This document shows, piece after piece, positions 24,001-33,782 of a DNA stretch of 64,000 nt; within the stretch, counting starts at the first letter, position 1; every line of letters begins with the position of its first letter. A program made the position numbers and the translations under genes. Below the pieces are notes generated by a model, which had not been told where the DNA came from, did no database searches, and was given only the letters and a program-made list of their open reading frames with translations. Source of the DNA: an uncultured Chitinophagaceae bacterium (lineage in GTDB: Bacteria > Bacteroidota > Bacteroidia > Chitinophagales > Chitinophagaceae); contig CAVXBN010000022.1 of assembly GCA_963760045.1 (NCBI GenBank), forward strand, positions 136,682 to 200,681. Direction: 5' to 3'.

Positions 24001-24198
24001 AAGTGACTCGCCCGGCGCTGCTGGAATGCTGAAGTGACCGCTTGAATCGGTCATCACCGCTTTTGCTTTGTTCTGTACCGTAACTCCCTGGAGGGGCGCC
24101 CCGGTCAATTTGCCAATAACCCTCCCGGTGATTGTTTTTTGCTGGGCAAAACCTGTTGTTAAAAACAGCATTGCCAGGAATGTAATGAGTAATCTCAT
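21064..24198 (-). CDS. susC: SusC/RagA TonB-dependent transporter, split by several frameshifts
   Basis: N-terminal carboxypeptidase-like domain, VVVVGY, PLYIIDG, LKDASAASIYGSRASNGVIIVTTK, RRDGSSRFG, NPGLRWET, C-terminal GLNASF. Confidence 0.92.
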
Positions 24199-24676
24199 AG
24201 TTTTAATTTTGATTCATGTAATTGTTAAGTCGCTAAATATTTGATGTGTGAGGATACTCGTTTGTTGTGCATACTTCTTATGGCTGCGATATGCTTGTAT
24301 TTGTATTCGCCAGGATGTGTGGCGGTCCCCGTTCAATTCTTTTCACTGGAGAAATAAAATAAATAGTGCAGCCAGGCAGCTCGCGCTGGGCGACGGCGAC
24401 ACCAACCGTGAGTGCCAGGGCTATCTGCAGGATCAATTTTCTTGTATAACATGGCAAGCTTTTATCAAATCAATGTTCTGGAGGCAAATGACGAGTGATG
24501 AATGGTAGTCAGGAGTTTCTTTAGATCAGGCTATGGCTGCGAAAGACAGGAACAACCATAGTATGCATCGCGATTCCTTCTTTTTTCCTTTCACACCTGG
24601 TTTTCAACCGAAGTATATAAATCCTTTTCTGACAGCAATCGTTATCCATTAATCCGGTGTGGCAAGCGATCTATTT

Positions 24677-25592
24677 TCAGGCAATGGAAACATTCGAGGT
24701 CTGTGTGGAAAATGCATTTTTTACATCCTGCCAGTTATAATCGGGACAGGCACCCTTTTTGGGTAGTGATAAATGCAGCCAGCTTATTGGCAAAATGCAA
24801 CGTTTCTTCTGCAGCCGGCACCTTCAATCATTTTTGCAATAATGGCGGCTAAAAAAGAATCTCCGCTGCCTACGTATCGTTGATAGTTACCGGAATGCCC
24901 GGACAGGAATACATGTTGTCGCCAACATTCATGATGGCGCCTCTGCCGCCACGCGTTACAATCACTGCTTTCAGCGAAAAGCAATCTTTCAGCACTTTTA
25001 TCCTGTCCTGCTCCTGCTGCAGCGGCGAAAACCAGCCGGTTATCAGTTCCAGTTCAGCCTGGTTCATCTTTACAATATCTGCGTGTGCCAGCAGGAATTC
25101 TACCGTTTCGCGGGTGTAAAAAGGCGGGCGAAGGTTGATATCGAGCACTTTGTTTTTGGCAAGCGGCAACAGTTTCTTCAGCGTGTCAAATGTGCGTTTG
25201 CCACGTGTAGCCAGACTGCCGTATACAAAGTAGTCGGCCTTGCTCACCAACGTTTCCAGTTCCTCATTGCACTCGATATAATCCCAGGCTACGTCTTTCA
25301 AAATGGTGTAAACCACTTCATGACCTTCCATGATGTCTGCCTGCACCACGCTGGTAGCTTTTTGATCGTCCATCTGGAAGTAATCGGTACAGATACCTTT
25401 TTTTTCCAAAGTCTCAATGAGTTGTTTGCCCAGTTCATCGTAGCCAATGCGTGAAATGACGGCAGGGTGATGACCCAGTTTTTGCAAATGGTAAGCAACG
25501 TTCATGGGTGCGCCGCCAGCCTGCTTGCCTGCCGGAAGCATATCCCATAAGGTTTCACCAAAACAAACAACCGGATGAAAAGTAGAAGACAT
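24677..25592 (-). CDS. PfkB family carbohydrate kinase (probable fructokinase), frameshifted near the 3' end
   Basis: CFGETLWD, GGAPMNVA, DINLRPP, VKMN..E, VTRGGRGA, DT|VGSGDSF; context in a fructan PUL. Confidence 0.88.
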
Positions 25593-25598
25593 AGAAAA

Positions 25599-25650
25599 TG
25601 ATTTGTGAATTTGTAATTGTGTGATTTGTGTATTTTTACTTTTTCCTTTA
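25599..25650. repeat. Degenerate 7-8 bp tandem repeat (TGATTTG-like)
   Basis: TGATTTG TGAATTTG TAATTGTG TGATTTG TGTATTT TTACTTT TTCCTTT fills the sugar porter-pfkB spacer. Confidence 0.45.
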
Positions 25651-25651
25651 C

Positions 25652-26986
25652 TTAATGCAGTACCAGTGTTTGGCCTATCTGCTCAAGCGAGCGCCCTTTG
25701 GTTTCTGGCATCAGTTTCCACACGAAAAAGAGCTGTGCCACCATCATGATAGTGAAAAACAAAAAGGTATTGCCCCCACCGGCTTTTTCGGCGAGGTAGG
25801 GAAATGAAAACGCGATAATGGCAGCCATGAACCAGTGCGTGGTACTTCCCAGCGTTTGCCCTTTGGCGCGAATGCCGGTCGGAAAAATTTCGGAGATGAA
25901 CACCCAGATCACAGCACCTTGCGAAAAGGCGAAAAACGCGATATAGACAAACAGGTACACCGGAACCGCCATACCGTTAAACTGTTCTGTATAAAAGGAA
26001 TAGGACACAAGACCAAGCGTGGCTATCAATCCGAAAGAACCGATGAGCATTAGCGTTCTGCGACCAAAGCGGTCGATATAATTCATGGCGATAAGGGTGA
26101 ATATGAAATTGATGAGTCCGAGCCCGGCTGTAGAAAGCAGGGAAGCGCTGGTGCCCAAACCCGTCATTTCGAAAATGCGCGGAGAATAATAAATAATGGC
26201 ATTGATACCTGAAACCTGGTTGAAAACGGCAAACAGCACTGCCAGCATCACAGGAGTTTTGTGATTGGCAGAAAACAAGGCATCTTTTACACCATTCCTG
26301 CTTACTTCCTGTCGGGCCGTTTCCTGTATGGCAACGATTGTAGACTCTGTATTGGCAGGGTTGATAATCTGTAATATTTTTCTTGCCTCGTCTACTTTGT
26401 TCCGGTTCAGAATGAGCCAGCGCGGACTTTCAGGAACAAATTTCAGTAAGATTAAAAACAACAAGGAAGGAATAGCCTGAATGCCCAGCATCAACCTCCA
26501 TGGTTCATCTCCTATCTGCCCGATGAGATAATTGGATAAATAAGACACTAAAATGCCAAACACCACATTGAACTGGAAAAGTGCAACGAGACGACCGCGA
26601 CGGTTGGCAGGCGCAATTTCAGAGATATAGATGGGTGCAGTGACGGAAGAAGCACCTACGCCCAACCCGCCGGCAAGGCGAAACAGGAGAAAAATGTACC
26701 AGTTGGTAGAGAACGCGCTGCCGAGGGAGGAAATGAGATATAATGCGGCAATGAGGTATAATGTGTTTTTACGACCCAGTTTGTCTGAAGGAAAAGCGCC
26801 TAATAATGATCCGATGATGGTTCCTATCAAGGCAATGGAAATCGTAAGACCATGCTCAAACGCGTTTAACGACCAATATTGTTGTATAGATTGTTCGGCA
26901 CCTGAAATGACGGCCGTGTCGAAACCAAAAAGAAAACCACCTAGCGCAATCACGATAGACCAGAGAAAAACCTTGTTTTGTTTCAT
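25652..26986 (-). CDS. Sugar porter family MFS transporter (probable fructose permease)
   Basis: GGFLFGFDTAVISG, DKLGRK, YISEIAP..RRGRL, PESPRWL, QVSGINAIIYY, PETKG. Confidence 0.92.
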   Translation of the reverse strand: MKQNKVFLWSIVIALGGFLFGFDTAVISGAEQSIQQYWSLNAFEHGLTISIALIGTIIGSLLGAFPSDKLGRKNTLYLIAALYLISSLGSAFSTNWYIFLLFRLAGGLGVGASSVTAPIYISEIAPANRRGRLVALFQFNVVFGILVSYLSNYLIGQIGDEPWRLMLGIQAIPSLLFLILLKFVPESPRWLILNRNKVDEARKILQIINPANTESTIVAIQETARQEVSRNGVKDALFSANHKTPVMLAVLFAVFNQVSGINAIIYYSPRIFEMTGLGTSASLLSTAGLGLINFIFTLIAMNYIDRFGRRTLMLIGSFGLIATLGLVSYSFYTEQFNGMAVPVYLFVYIAFFAFSQGAVIWVFISEIFPTGIRAKGQTLGSTTHWFMAAIIAFSFPYLAEKAGGGNTFLFFTIMMVAQLFFVWKLMPETKGRSLEQIGQTLVLH

Positions 26987-27146
26987 ATGGCAATTTGAAA
27001 AGCAATCTTACGCTGTTGGAGAGGCAAAAGCTTTTCGATTCAGTAGTGAAAGCATTCAAATGCAACAATTTCAAAGATTCTTAGAATAATAACTAATAAT
27101 CAGAAGATTATGATTTTAAATTTTATACATTTATAAAGGTCTTTTC

Positions 27147-27179
27147 GATTTTGTAACAGCTTTTTCTAATTTCAATACA
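27147..27179. promoter_or_regulatory. Candidate HTCS (AraC) binding site, direct repeat with 21-bp period
   Basis: GATTTTGTAACA (27147) and AATTTCAATACA (27168), 7/12 identical, in the divergent promoter region. Weak signal. Confidence 0.3.
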
Positions 27180-27289
27180 TCGGATGTGCCCCTTTGTGTG
27201 CATCGTACACAGTTGGAAAAGAGAAAATTGAAAAAATTGAGCAGGTTTTTATACCTGATTTATGTAAGAAAAATACACATTTGCTCCAG

Positions 27290-30091
27290 ATGAAGGTTGC
27301 TAGCTATGAAAACAGGTTACACATTTACAGAGGCAAAACAGCCGGCTGGTTTGTGTGTATTGCACTGTTTGTTGCCATCTTCAGTTCCTGCTCCACAGGC
27401 ACCGGCACCAGGAAATACAAGATCGGCTTCTCACAATGCACAGGCGACGACAACTGGCGACGCAGAATGCTGGCCGATATGAAGCGCGAAATGGCATTTC
27501 ACCAGGATATAGATTTTATTTACCGCGATGCAAAGGACAACAACCAGTTGCAGGTAAAGCAGGTGAAAGAACTGATCAATGAAAAAGTAGACGTTCTCCT
27601 CATTTCTCCCAACGAAGCGCAACCACTCACTGGCGTAGTAGAAGATGCTTTTAACAGGGGCATACCTGTAATTGTGATCGACCGAACCATAGCATCACAA
27701 TTGTACACGAGCTTTATTGGTGCCGATAATGTGGAAGTGGGCAAAATGGCGGGCGACTATGCTGCCCGGCTTTTACATGGCAAAGGAAACATCATTGAGA
27801 TTATCGGTCGACCCGGCTCCACACCTGCTATCGGGCGGCAAAAAGGTTTCAGGGAAAGCATCAGCCAATATCCCGGGCTCACTATTACTTCGGAAGTATA
27901 TGGCAACTGGCTGAAAGAAGACGCAGCATCGCAACTGCTCAATATTAAAGACAAACTTGCGCAGGCCGATCTCATATTTGCTCATAACGATGTAATGGCG
28001 CTTGGCAGCTATAGCCTTTGCAAATCGCTCGGCATCAGCAACAAGGTCAAAATTATCGGCGTAGACGGGCAGCCGGGACCCGGCAGCGGTTTGGACCTCG
28101 TGAGCAATCAACTGATCGACGCTACTGTATTGTATCCCACCGGTGGCGAAGAAGCGATCCGCACGGCATTCAAAATATTGAATGGTGAACCCTTTGTAAA
28201 ACAAAACATTTTGCAAACGCTGGTGATCGATTCTACCAATGTGCGCCTAATGCAGTTGCAGGCACACAAAATAGACGAGCAGCAGAAAGACATCGAAAAG
28301 CAGCAGGTTTTGCTCGAAGAACAGCGAACTATTTACCGCGGACAAACCACTTTTTTATACATCACCGTGGCGGCACTCATTGTGGCGCTTTTGCTGGGAA
28401 TTATTGTATTGATAGCCTGGCGCAACAACCGCCGTATCAACCGTCGACTATCAGCAAGCAATGCAGAAATTTTGTCGCAGCGAAACCAGCTGGTAGAAAT
28501 GACGGCAAAAGCAAAAGAAGCGAGTGATGCTAAGTTTAATTTTTTTACCAATATTTCTCACGAGCTGCGCACTCCCCTTACCTTGATTTTAGGTCCGCTG
28601 GAAGATGCTCTTGCACATGCGAAACTGCATTTTGCCATTAAAAATGATTTGCTGTTGATTCATAAAAATGCATTGCGGCTGTTGCGGCTGGTAAACCAGT
28701 TGATGGACTTCAGGAAGATAGAACACAGCAAAATGAAGCTGCGCGCATCGGAAAACAACCTCACTTTGTTTGTTTCAGATATAGCCAATTCTTTCCGTGA
28801 AATGGCAAAGAAAAAGAACATCAGCCTGCAGATTTTTTGTAAAGTGAACGAGCTGAAAGTGTGGTTTGATGTGAATATGATGGACAAAGTGATGTTCAAC
28901 CTTCTTTCGAATGCTTTTAAGTTTACGAAGGACAACGGTTTTGTGACGGTTACGGTGGGCAAAAGCAAAGACGGCAAAAGTGCAGTGGTGAGTGTGGAAG
29001 ACACCGGCATTGGCATGACGCCCGAAGGCGCCGAACACGCGTTTGATCTGTTTTACCAGGAAAGAGGCACGACTTTTAAAGGCTCAGGGCTTGGATTGGC
29101 ATTGTCGAAAGAACTCATCCAGCTTCACAAAGGAACCATTGGTATCCAAACAGAAAAATGGAAAGGCACCCGCTTTGACATTTACCTGCCGCTTGGCAAC
29201 TCGCACTTATCTGATGATGAAATGGTGCCAACCGCCGTAGCCGACACTGCCACCTACGACGACATTAAAATTTATGCAGCCGGGCAAGAGTTGCCTGTAA
29301 TCAATGATGGTGAACAAAATCATGTTTCGAAAGAATATTCTATCCTCGTTATCGAGGACAGTGACGATTTACGCAGCTTTTTGAAATACCGCCTTGGGCA
29401 AAACTTTGATGTGTATGAAGCCGACAACGGCAACGCAGGTTTGAGCGTGGCTTACGATGTGATACCGGATCTTATTATCTGCGATATCGCCTTGCCGGGC
29501 AGCGATGGTTTTGCGATCAGCGAAACACTGAAAACTGACATTCGCTCTTCGCACATTCCCATTATTATACTTACGGCCAACAGCAGCATAGAAAACCAGA
29601 TCACCAGTCTTAAACTTACTGCCGACGCTTTCGTTGCCAAGCCTTTCAACCTGCAGCACCTGGAAGAAACCATCAAATCCCTGCTGAAAAACAGAAAATT
29701 GCTGAAAGACCACTATACATCTGATGTGGTGCCGGAAAATATGGCGGGTTCCCCTTCCAAACTTGACCGAAAGTTTATCAATGAATTTACCGCCATCGTT
29801 GAGAAAAATATTGGCAACGACAATTTTTCGGCAGAAGACATTTGCAAAGAAACCCATATCTCGCGCATGCAACTGAGCCGGAAGATAAAAGCATTGCTGG
29901 GCGTGAATGTGAGTGACTATATACTGAATGCACGCTTGCAAAAAGCCAAATACCTGCTGAGCAATGAAGACCTTACCATTGCGGAAGTAGCGTACCAGGT
30001 CGGCTTTGCTTCACAGGCTTATTTTTCTACTGTTTTTAAATCCAAAATGTCGCTTACGCCCTCGGAATTTAAAGAAAAGGCAAAGGGGTGA
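27290..30091 (+). CDS. Hybrid two-component system with periplasmic sugar-binding sensor (BT1754-like fructose sensor)
   Basis: IGFSQC...WR, LLISPNEA, FAHND.MA, GVDG, YPTGG sensor; TM; FFTNISHELRTPL; NLLSNAFKF; receiver PDLIICD; AraC HTH (VGF.SQAYFS.VFK). Confidence 0.93.
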   Translation: MKVASYENRLHIYRGKTAGWFVCIALFVAIFSSCSTGTGTRKYKIGFSQCTGDDNWRRRMLADMKREMAFHQDIDFIYRDAKDNNQLQVKQVKELINEKVDVLLISPNEAQPLTGVVEDAFNRGIPVIVIDRTIASQLYTSFIGADNVEVGKMAGDYAARLLHGKGNIIEIIGRPGSTPAIGRQKGFRESISQYPGLTITSEVYGNWLKEDAASQLLNIKDKLAQADLIFAHNDVMALGSYSLCKSLGISNKVKIIGVDGQPGPGSGLDLVSNQLIDATVLYPTGGEEAIRTAFKILNGEPFVKQNILQTLVIDSTNVRLMQLQAHKIDEQQKDIEKQQVLLEEQRTIYRGQTTFLYITVAALIVALLLGIIVLIAWRNNRRINRRLSASNAEILSQRNQLVEMTAKAKEASDAKFNFFTNISHELRTPLTLILGPLEDALAHAKLHFAIKNDLLLIHKNALRLLRLVNQLMDFRKIEHSKMKLRASENNLTLFVSDIANSFREMAKKKNISLQIFCKVNELKVWFDVNMMDKVMFNLLSNAFKFTKDNGFVTVTVGKSKDGKSAVVSVEDTGIGMTPEGAEHAFDLFYQERGTTFKGSGLGLALSKELIQLHKGTIGIQTEKWKGTRFDIYLPLGNSHLSDDEMVPTAVADTATYDDIKIYAAGQELPVINDGEQNHVSKEYSILVIEDSDDLRSFLKYRLGQNFDVYEADNGNAGLSVAYDVIPDLIICDIALPGSDGFAISETLKTDIRSSHIPIIILTANSSIENQITSLKLTADAFVAKPFNLQHLEETIKSLLKNRKLLKDHYTSDVVPENMAGSPSKLDRKFINEFTAIVEKNIGNDNFSAEDICKETHISRMQLSRKIKALLGVNVSDYILNARLQKAKYLLSNEDLTIAEVAYQVGFASQAYFSTVFKSKMSLTPSEFKEKAKG

Positions 30092-30095
30092 TGAG

Positions 30096-30165
30096 GGATT
30101 TTTGATTTGGGATTTCTGATTGGAGATTTGTGATTTCTGATTTAGGATTTTGGATTTGCGACTTT
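30096..30165. repeat. Heptamer tandem repeat, 10 x NGATTTN
   Basis: GGATTTT TGATTTG GGATTTC TGATTGG AGATTTG TGATTTC TGATTTA GGATTTT GGATTTG CGACTTT. Confidence 0.85.
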
Positions 30166-30217
30166 TACTTCTGTTACTTTTTCGGTATCCCGATATTTGC
30201 CAAGTTAGAATTATGCT

Positions 30218-30685
30218 ATGACCAAGAAAGAACGACTACTCATTTTTGATAAATATAACGGGCATTGCGCCTATTGCGGTTGTGTGCTGCAGCAGGGCTG
30301 GCATGTAGATCATATCAAACCCATCAGGAGACACCTTCACAAAGAAGGGTGCCGGCATCCCAAACGCGACTGCATTGACAATTGCATGCCTGCCTGTGCC
30401 AGTTGCAATATCAACAAACACAGCATGAGCATTGAAGATTTCAGAAAGCTGGTGGGTGGTTTCATCAAGTCGCTTAACAGGGATTCCACGCAGTATAAAA
30501 TTGCGAAACGATATGGATTTGTGATAGAAGTAGAACAGCCCGTTGTGTTTTACTTTGAAAGTTATGTGCCTGCACCGGCAACGGCGTCTACTTGTGAGGA
30601 GGTACAGCCCGAACCTGAGGATCTACAAAAGCCTGCAGAAAAAACAACAAGCCGGCGGGCAACAAAAATTGCGGGTGTTGTTTAA
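30218..30685 (+). CDS. HNH endonuclease (phage-type, Zn-binding)
   Basis: GHCAYCG, WHVDHIKP, NCMPACASCNINK; C-terminal KRYG...VVFYFE as in phage HNH proteins. Confidence 0.88.
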   Translation: MTKKERLLIFDKYNGHCAYCGCVLQQGWHVDHIKPIRRHLHKEGCRHPKRDCIDNCMPACASCNINKHSMSIEDFRKLVGGFIKSLNRDSTQYKIAKRYGFVIEVEQPVVFYFESYVPAPATASTCEEVQPEPEDLQKPAEKTTSRRATKIAGVV

Positions 30686-30739
30686 AATTGCGCCAACTGC
30701 ATTGTCTGATTTTGAATTTCTCTTATCTAATGCATCATC

Positions 30740-30774
30740 AAAAAAAGGCTGCCTCATGCGAGACAGCCTTTTTT
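30740..30774. terminator. Bidirectional terminator
   Basis: AAAAAAAGGCTGCCTC-ATGC-GAGACAGCCTTTTTT between convergent HNH and M4 genes. Confidence 0.85.
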
Positions 30775-30797
30775 ATGGATGTAAAATCAAACAACAG

Positions 30798-33449
30798 TTA
30801 TTCTGCTACTACCAGGATGGTTCGGTTGATGACGTGCCCTTCCTGTTCGAGAACAATAAAATAATTACCACTGGTTATTTTGCCGGCAAAAGCCATCTGG
30901 AAAACATGTGAGCCGGCAGCCTGGTTGCCAAGATTGTACACCTGAGCCACGCGACCTGCCATATCCAACACTTTCAGTGATGTTTTTCCTTCATTTGCCA
31001 GTTTGTAAGAAACGGTTGTATTGGAATGTACAACCGGGTTCGGTGAAACGCTTAGCGCACTCCTGCCCGGGGCAGAAGCAATGAGAGAAGATGGTGCAAA
31101 ACCGCTGCCGCCGGTTATGTTGGCTGTATAGTCTTCCACTTCGCCATACGAATAGGAAAGACAGGAATTGGTACTCGCAGTGCTATATTTCATTTGTATC
31201 CTGATACGGGTAGCGCCGCTTTTCGCAGTGGCTGGCACCGTAAAAGTGATGGTAGCCGCAGTTTTGCTGCTTTTCGTTCCCACTTTTTCGCCGGTGTCCG
31301 CAAAGTCGCCGTCGCCATTATAGTCTATCCACAAAGTCCACGCTTCGTTATACGACGAGCCGGTGAAACCGGGCGTCAGTGTTGCTGTGTAGGATGAGCC
31401 TGCAGCCAGTGTGGTGCTCATACTTGTATAGTTGGCATAGCCTCCATTGTTGCCACTGGTATTGCTGATTGTGCCAAGTACGACCTTGTTGATAAACTCA
31501 TACGAGGTGGTGCCCGATGACGTGCAATACGTAACAGTGCCGGTATTGGTGGTAAATGATACGGGGCTGCTGTAAGTGCTTGTGGCAGATGCGCAAACTG
31601 CAGACACCTGGAAATCGTAGGAAGTACCCGCCGTTAAACCATTCAGAGTATACGAAGCGGAGGTGATGCCGGATACAGTGGTGAAGGTAGAAGAAGCACT
31701 CTGTTTCCACTGCAATGTATAGCTGTTGGCACCCGATACAGCACCCCACGACAGTACAGCCGAAGTATTGGTAATGCTGCCAGCGATGAGGCTGCCGGGA
31801 GTGGCACAGCCTGTGCTGCCACCGCCGCCTGCAGCACCTACGCCTACTGCATACCAGGCATTTTGCACCTGTGTAACTTCGGTGGAGGCTGCTCCGTACA
31901 GGTCAGTTGCTGCGCTGATGCTGGCTGTGCGCCAGTCGGCATATTGGGAGGAGGCTACAAGATATACCGTATTGGTGCGATACATGATTGCTGCGGCGGC
32001 CGATAGCCCGATGCCGGTTACGGAATAACTGTTGCCCAGGTCGTTGGTACCGGAACCGCCCGTCACCAAGAGGTAATACATGAAATTGCCAACACCACTG
32101 TTGGTATGCACACCATAGTTGTCGGAACTGCCCGTTACCCAGTAAGTACCCATATAAGTATCGGGCTGGCTGTAGGCATTGGGGTTGCTCATATCCCGGA
32201 TAAACCAGTTCATATCGTTGCTCAGTTTCCAATTCACGTCATTGGGTTTAGACCAGAACTGAACCGATTTACCAAAGATGTCGCTCATGCTCTCGTTCAT
32301 GGCGCCGGGCTCACGGCTATAGGTCAGGTTGCTGCTCGCCTGCGTAACGCCATGCGTCAGTTCATGTCCCGCCACATCTATTCCAGTTACACCACCGGGA
32401 TTGCCGGTTGAGCGTTTGCCAAAGTTCATAGACACGCCATCCCAATAAGCATTGTCGGTAGTATTGGCAATGTTTACATAACTGGTTAGTACAGAGCCGT
32501 TGTTGTCGTAGCTGTTACGGTTAAAATTCGTTTTATAATAAGCATAGGTTTGCGATACGCCATAATGTGCATCCAATGCAGCCTGGTTGGTACTGGTAAG
32601 TGTCCAGTCGGCGCTGGTGCTGGTGTAGTCCGCACCTTTAGAGCCATTTTCTCCATGATAGGTGACTACGCCATTGCCCTTGGTAAGGTCGCGCAGGCGG
32701 TAACTGCCATTCAGGAGATCGGAGTGAATTGTTTGCGAACCACTATAAGCAGTTGCAGCCGTTCCGGTAGCATCGGTATAATAAATCTTGTCATTTTTAC
32801 CCAAATATTCACCTGTAACCGCATCTATAAAATAGTCGGCACGGCTGAGAGGCTGAATTGCATAAATATCCACTTTCCAGGAAAGTCGCAGATCGCGAGG
32901 AGACACGTCGTTGCTGCTGTTAAACCATACGAGCGTTGCCTTTGGGGTATAAGAAGCGCCGGCGCCTATTTGCTTTTGCAGGGCTTTTTCCATTGCAGCG
33001 TCCTGCCACGCATAGCGTTGTGCAGCCACCTGCTTCATAGCCAGGCTCACTGCTTTCTCCGCTGTGAGTGAAGCTTTGTCGGGATGCTCGCCCATGGCTT
33101 CAAAATCTAGAACAATGGCGCCGCTCATACCCGTGAGTTTACCGTTTTTGGTATGCGCCACGTACATGGCATTTTCCACAGGCACACCTTTGTAGGTCTG
33201 CTGGTAGCGATAGTGAACAAAACCAATTTTGTCGGATTCCTGTTTGCTGACCAGCAGGTCAGACTTTGCATCCAATCCAAATAGCGACCTGGCGGACGAT
33301 GGGGAAAATTGCACCTGCATAGCTTCGGCAAGCCGCACATCGTGCTGAGAAATTCCTTTGGCACCGCGTATCATATCGCGAAGCGTGTTTTGAGCATTGG
33401 CGCAGCAAGCCAACGCCAGCAGCGAAAGAGTAAAAATCTGCCTTTTCAT
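30798..33449 (-). CDS. M4 (thermolysin-family) metallopeptidase with propeptide, FN3, GEVED and T9SS type A CTD
   Basis: HYRYQQTYKGVPV propeptide; NAYWDG, HELTH, GAMNESMSD, GVHTNSG; FN3 (W...Y...L.AGTSY.FQV); WIDYNGDGDF...GEVEDY; CTD VSPNP...DMAGR...GNYFI. Confidence 0.93.
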   Translation of the reverse strand: MKRQIFTLSLLALACCANAQNTLRDMIRGAKGISQHDVRLAEAMQVQFSPSSARSLFGLDAKSDLLVSKQESDKIGFVHYRYQQTYKGVPVENAMYVAHTKNGKLTGMSGAIVLDFEAMGEHPDKASLTAEKAVSLAMKQVAAQRYAWQDAAMEKALQKQIGAGASYTPKATLVWFNSSNDVSPRDLRLSWKVDIYAIQPLSRADYFIDAVTGEYLGKNDKIYYTDATGTAATAYSGSQTIHSDLLNGSYRLRDLTKGNGVVTYHGENGSKGADYTSTSADWTLTSTNQAALDAHYGVSQTYAYYKTNFNRNSYDNNGSVLTSYVNIANTTDNAYWDGVSMNFGKRSTGNPGGVTGIDVAGHELTHGVTQASSNLTYSREPGAMNESMSDIFGKSVQFWSKPNDVNWKLSNDMNWFIRDMSNPNAYSQPDTYMGTYWVTGSSDNYGVHTNSGVGNFMYYLLVTGGSGTNDLGNSYSVTGIGLSAAAAIMYRTNTVYLVASSQYADWRTASISAATDLYGAASTEVTQVQNAWYAVGVGAAGGGGSTGCATPGSLIAGSITNTSAVLSWGAVSGANSYTLQWKQSASSTFTTVSGITSASYTLNGLTAGTSYDFQVSAVCASATSTYSSPVSFTTNTGTVTYCTSSGTTSYEFINKVVLGTISNTSGNNGGYANYTSMSTTLAAGSSYTATLTPGFTGSSYNEAWTLWIDYNGDGDFADTGEKVGTKSSKTAATITFTVPATAKSGATRIRIQMKYSTASTNSCLSYSYGEVEDYTANITGGSGFAPSSLIASAPGRSALSVSPNPVVHSNTTVSYKLANEGKTSLKVLDMAGRVAQVYNLGNQAAGSHVFQMAFAGKITSGNYFIVLEQEGHVINRTILVVAE

Positions 33450-33468
33450 GGTTTGTTTATTTATGTGA

Positions 33469-33482
33469 TGTGTGTGTGTGTG
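33469..33482. repeat. (TG)7 microsatellite about 20 bp upstream of the M4 peptidase start
   Basis: TGTGTGTGTGTGTG read directly. Confidence 0.7.
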
Positions 33483-33782
33483 GAAAGAAGTGATATGGAG
33501 AATAGATAAAAAGGAGCAGGTGTCAGCAGGTATCCTGCAATGGTTTGCTGTATTCCATACTTGTGACGCTGAAAATTTAATCAGGCAATGAAGTTAAGTG
33601 TTTTGCATTCACAAGTTTTAAAAGCTAATATTTATTTTTTTTGCCAATTATTCCCCCTTTTGGGCTGTAAAAACTTCTCCGCAAAACATTCATCCATCTT
33701 GAATTTATATGAATTCATCATACGTATTGTTATATAATCAAATAAGGATTATATTAGTGCTTTACCCCTTAAAGAACATCCT

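Noticed and set aside
24248-24508. ORF or leader peptide in the pfkB-susC spacer
   Set aside because: No recognisable motif on either strand and no convincing structured RNA; treated as promoter/UTR.
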